DNA from: an uncultured Chlamydiae bacterium
GTDB taxonomy: Bacteria; Chlamydiota; Chlamydiia; Chlamydiales; Parachlamydiaceae
NCBI GenBank assembly: GCA_963830365.1
Contig: CAWHMU010000014.1
Span: 1 to 31,660 of the forward strand
Reading direction: 5' to 3'
Length of the DNA: 31,660 nt
A model generated the notes under the pieces. The model did not search any database. It was not told the origin of the DNA and saw only the letters and a list, made by a program, of their open reading frames with translations. Below, piece after piece: positions 29,877 through 31,660 of the stretch (position 1 is its first letter; the number at the start of each line of letters is the position of its first letter). A program made the position numbers and the translations under genes.

Positions 29877-30657
29877 TTTAAGAGGCTCCGCCCCTTAAAA
29901 ATCCCCGCCAAAGGGCTGAAAGCCCTCTGGACTCCCGCTCACCAAGCTCCGCCTCTCACTAAAAATTCCCATGTATAAATCGAACAAAAGCAACCTTGGG
30001 ACATTTATGGGATATTTACGCAAATTTTACGCACTTGACTGCAAAAAGCGAGCTCAATGATCAGGATTAAGTCTGACACCTTTTCAACCAATTTTCCTCT
30101 AAAAGTTGGACTCGAGAATGGGGTCTGGCTTGTGATTTGTGATTAGGCTTCCTGCCAAATCGCAAATCGCAAGCCTGAACCCATTCGGGTTAAAAATGCA
30201 ATTTTCCAAGTGCTTTGTAATCAACATACTAAGCATCAAATCCCCAAATGCCAAGCCTGACCCCAATCATTTAAGAGGCTCCGCCCCTTAAAAATTCCCG
30301 CCAAAGGGCTGAAAGCCCTCTGGACTCACGCATACAAGCTCCGCCTCTCACCAAAAATTCCCATGTATAAATCGAACAAAAGCAACCTTGGGACATTTAT
30401 GGGATATTTACGCAAATTTTACGCACTTGACTGCAAAAAGCGAGCTCAATGATCAGGATTAAGTCTGACACCTTTTCAACCAATATTCCTCTAAAAGTTG
30501 GACTCGAGAATGGGGTCTGGCTTGTGATTTGTGATTAGGCTTCCTGCCAAATCGCAAATCGCAAGCCTGAACCCATTCGGGTTAAAAATGCAATTTTCCA
30601 AGTGCTTTGTAATCAATATACTAAGTATCAAATCCCCAAATGCCAAGCCTGACCCCA
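29875..30657. repeat. ~390-bp near-identical tandem duplication
   Basis: 29875-30265 and 30268-30657 both run catttaagaggctccgcccc...gccaagcctgacccca with few differences. Confidence 0.92.
30119..30265. repeat. REP/REPIN-like inverted-repeat unit (second copy 30511-30657)
   Basis: tggggtctggcttgtgatttgtgatt opposed by aatcgcaaatcgcaagcctgaaccca and aatccccaaatgccaagcctgacccca. Confidence 0.65.
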
Positions 30658-30813
30658 TTCCATGACCCCATTCCACGAAGGGTATTTCAAGTTCGTTTCC
30701 ATGAATCCAAGAACCTTCCTAAGCTGTTTCAGCAGCCCTTTTTTTGACTTGTCGCGCTCTAATTCAATGATTTTCTGCTTAGCTGCTTCGGAGAATTGTA
30801 ATTTGAAATGCAT
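30628..30813 (-). pseudogene. Truncated RelE/ParE-like toxin
   Basis: MHFKLQFSEAAKQKIIEL...KQLRKVLGFM.TNLKYPS, then runs into repeat-derived sequence at ~30675; starts 5 nt after the antitoxin stop. Confidence 0.6.
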
Positions 30814-30818
30814 TCCGG

Positions 30819-31103
30819 TTAGTCCTCATCGTCTTCGGCATATTTGGCAAACGATCCTAAATCATGCAGACGCCCTTCTTCAGCATCTTTGATGCCTTTC
30901 ATAAGCGAAGCCAGTGCTTTTCGATCTTTGTAGATCCAATGATCTTTTTCCGGCACTTCGGCAACCGGCTCCAATATGATTTTGCCTTCTTCACGATACA
31001 TGCGAAAAGAATTGAAATTCTCCCGTTCATCCTTGGACAACACTCGCGTCAAGCAAATGCGTTGCTTGTCGTCCATGCTGACTGTCGCTTTTTGTTTTCT
31101 CAT
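30819..31103 (-). CDS. Putative antitoxin with an AbrB/MazE-like N-terminal domain
   Basis: TVSMDDKQRICL...FRMYREEGKIILEP, then ASLMKGIKDAEEGR and an acidic tail; AGGAGG RBS. Confidence 0.65.
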   Translation of the reverse strand: MRKQKATVSMDDKQRICLTRVLSKDERENFNSFRMYREEGKIILEPVAEVPEKDHWIYKDRKALASLMKGIKDAEEGRLHDLGSFAKYAEDDED

Positions 31104-31129
31104 AATACTTTGTACCTCCTGATATCTTC

Positions 31130-31158
31130 ATTTTACCACAAGTGGGGATTTCCCACAA
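31130..31158 (-). promoter_or_regulatory. TA operon promoter with a palindromic operator
   Basis: TTGTGG-17 nt-TAAAAT with a TG extension; GTGGG-aaatc-CCCAC palindrome (31142-31156) overlapping -35 and the spacer. Confidence 0.55.
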
Positions 31159-31451
31159 TCTGCGACTGTAGTATCATGGGTTCGTGCGGAGCAATCTTCG
31201 ACAAGAAATTCATTCAGGTAAACATTTAATCGCAACATTGCTATGTTATGTGCTTTGCTGTGGTCTTTGTGAGGGGAATGTCCTTTTTCAGAGCCCCATG
31301 GGAGGCTGAATATCCCATGGGATGATAGTGGGATGATTGCCTGCATCTTATCACAATAATTAGCATTTTCTACAACAAGCGTTCGTTCCATAAAGCATTG
31401 ATACTTTTGTTGTAGAGATTGTGGGTAATGGTGAATTTTAGTAGAACGTAC

Positions 31452-31504
31452 GACTGTAAATCCCTCGACTCCGGTCTCCGTTGGTTCGAGTCCAACCGCC
31501 CCCA
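31452..31504 (+). repeat. attR-like duplicate of the tRNA-Tyr 3' portion
   Basis: gactgtaaatccctcg...ccaaccgccccca is identical to 29824-29876; the 5' part of the tRNA is absent. Confidence 0.92.
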
Positions 31505-31660
31505 ATCTACCTACAGCCCATTTTTATCATCATCTTTAATTTTCAAAAGCAAGTAGTTCAGCAATTTTCACGCACTTGACTGCAGCAATCCAGCATAACG
31601 CAATAAATTTGCCTTAAAAACCGGTTAATAGAAGTGGAGACTACAATGAGCAACAATTGG

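Larger units (their letters stand above)
29824..31504. mobile_element. Integrase-less genomic islet at tRNA-Tyr
   Basis: Bounded by an exact 53-bp direct repeat of the tRNA-Tyr 3' portion (29824-29876 and 31452-31504). Confidence 0.8.

Noticed and set aside
29500..29898. 132-aa ORF
   Set aside because: Overlaps both tRNA genes.
29875..30657. CRISPR array
   Set aside because: Two long duplicated units, no repeat-spacer periodicity, and no cas genes.
31452..31504. Second functional tRNA-Tyr
   Set aside because: Lacks the 5' acceptor strand and D-arm.
31128..31505. 125-aa ORF
   Set aside because: Starts in the antisense tRNA fragment and crosses the TA promoter.
31646..31660. Possible CDS start (GGAG RBS, MSNNW...)
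   Set aside because: Only five codons visible at the window edge.

Overview
Chromosomal window from a member of the Chlamydiae, probably an environmental Parachlamydiales-type lineage. This is inferred from the gene orders rpsA-nusA-infB-rbfA-truB-ribF (no rimP) and rpe-efp-accB-accC, plus a chlamydial-type AccB N-terminus. Positions 1-17.1 kb are housekeeping genes: the translation operon, an ACT-less aspartokinase coupled to a 664-aa unknown, brnQ with a Leu-rich candidate leader peptide, and rpe-efp-accB-accC with accB frameshifted. Positions 17.2-29.4 kb are accessory and carry three co-oriented effector-like genes. The largest (~1870-1950 aa) contains a PLP-dependent Cys/Met-metabolism-like domain, an (EKAAL)n helical spacer and a CE-clan (Ulp1/DUB-like) protease domain with an intact H-D-Q-C set. 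Two copies of a TIR-bounded MITE, each carrying a 239-bp REPIN-like palindrome, bracket that gene. The other two genes share a novel C-terminal '...WPKK' domain, which is frameshifted off in one of them. The window ends with tRNA-Thr and tRNA-Tyr and a 1.6-kb integrase-less islet bounded by a 53-bp tRNA-Tyr duplication. The islet holds a ~390-bp tandem duplication and a toxin-antitoxin pair with a truncated toxin. All calls were made by eye; no searches were run.
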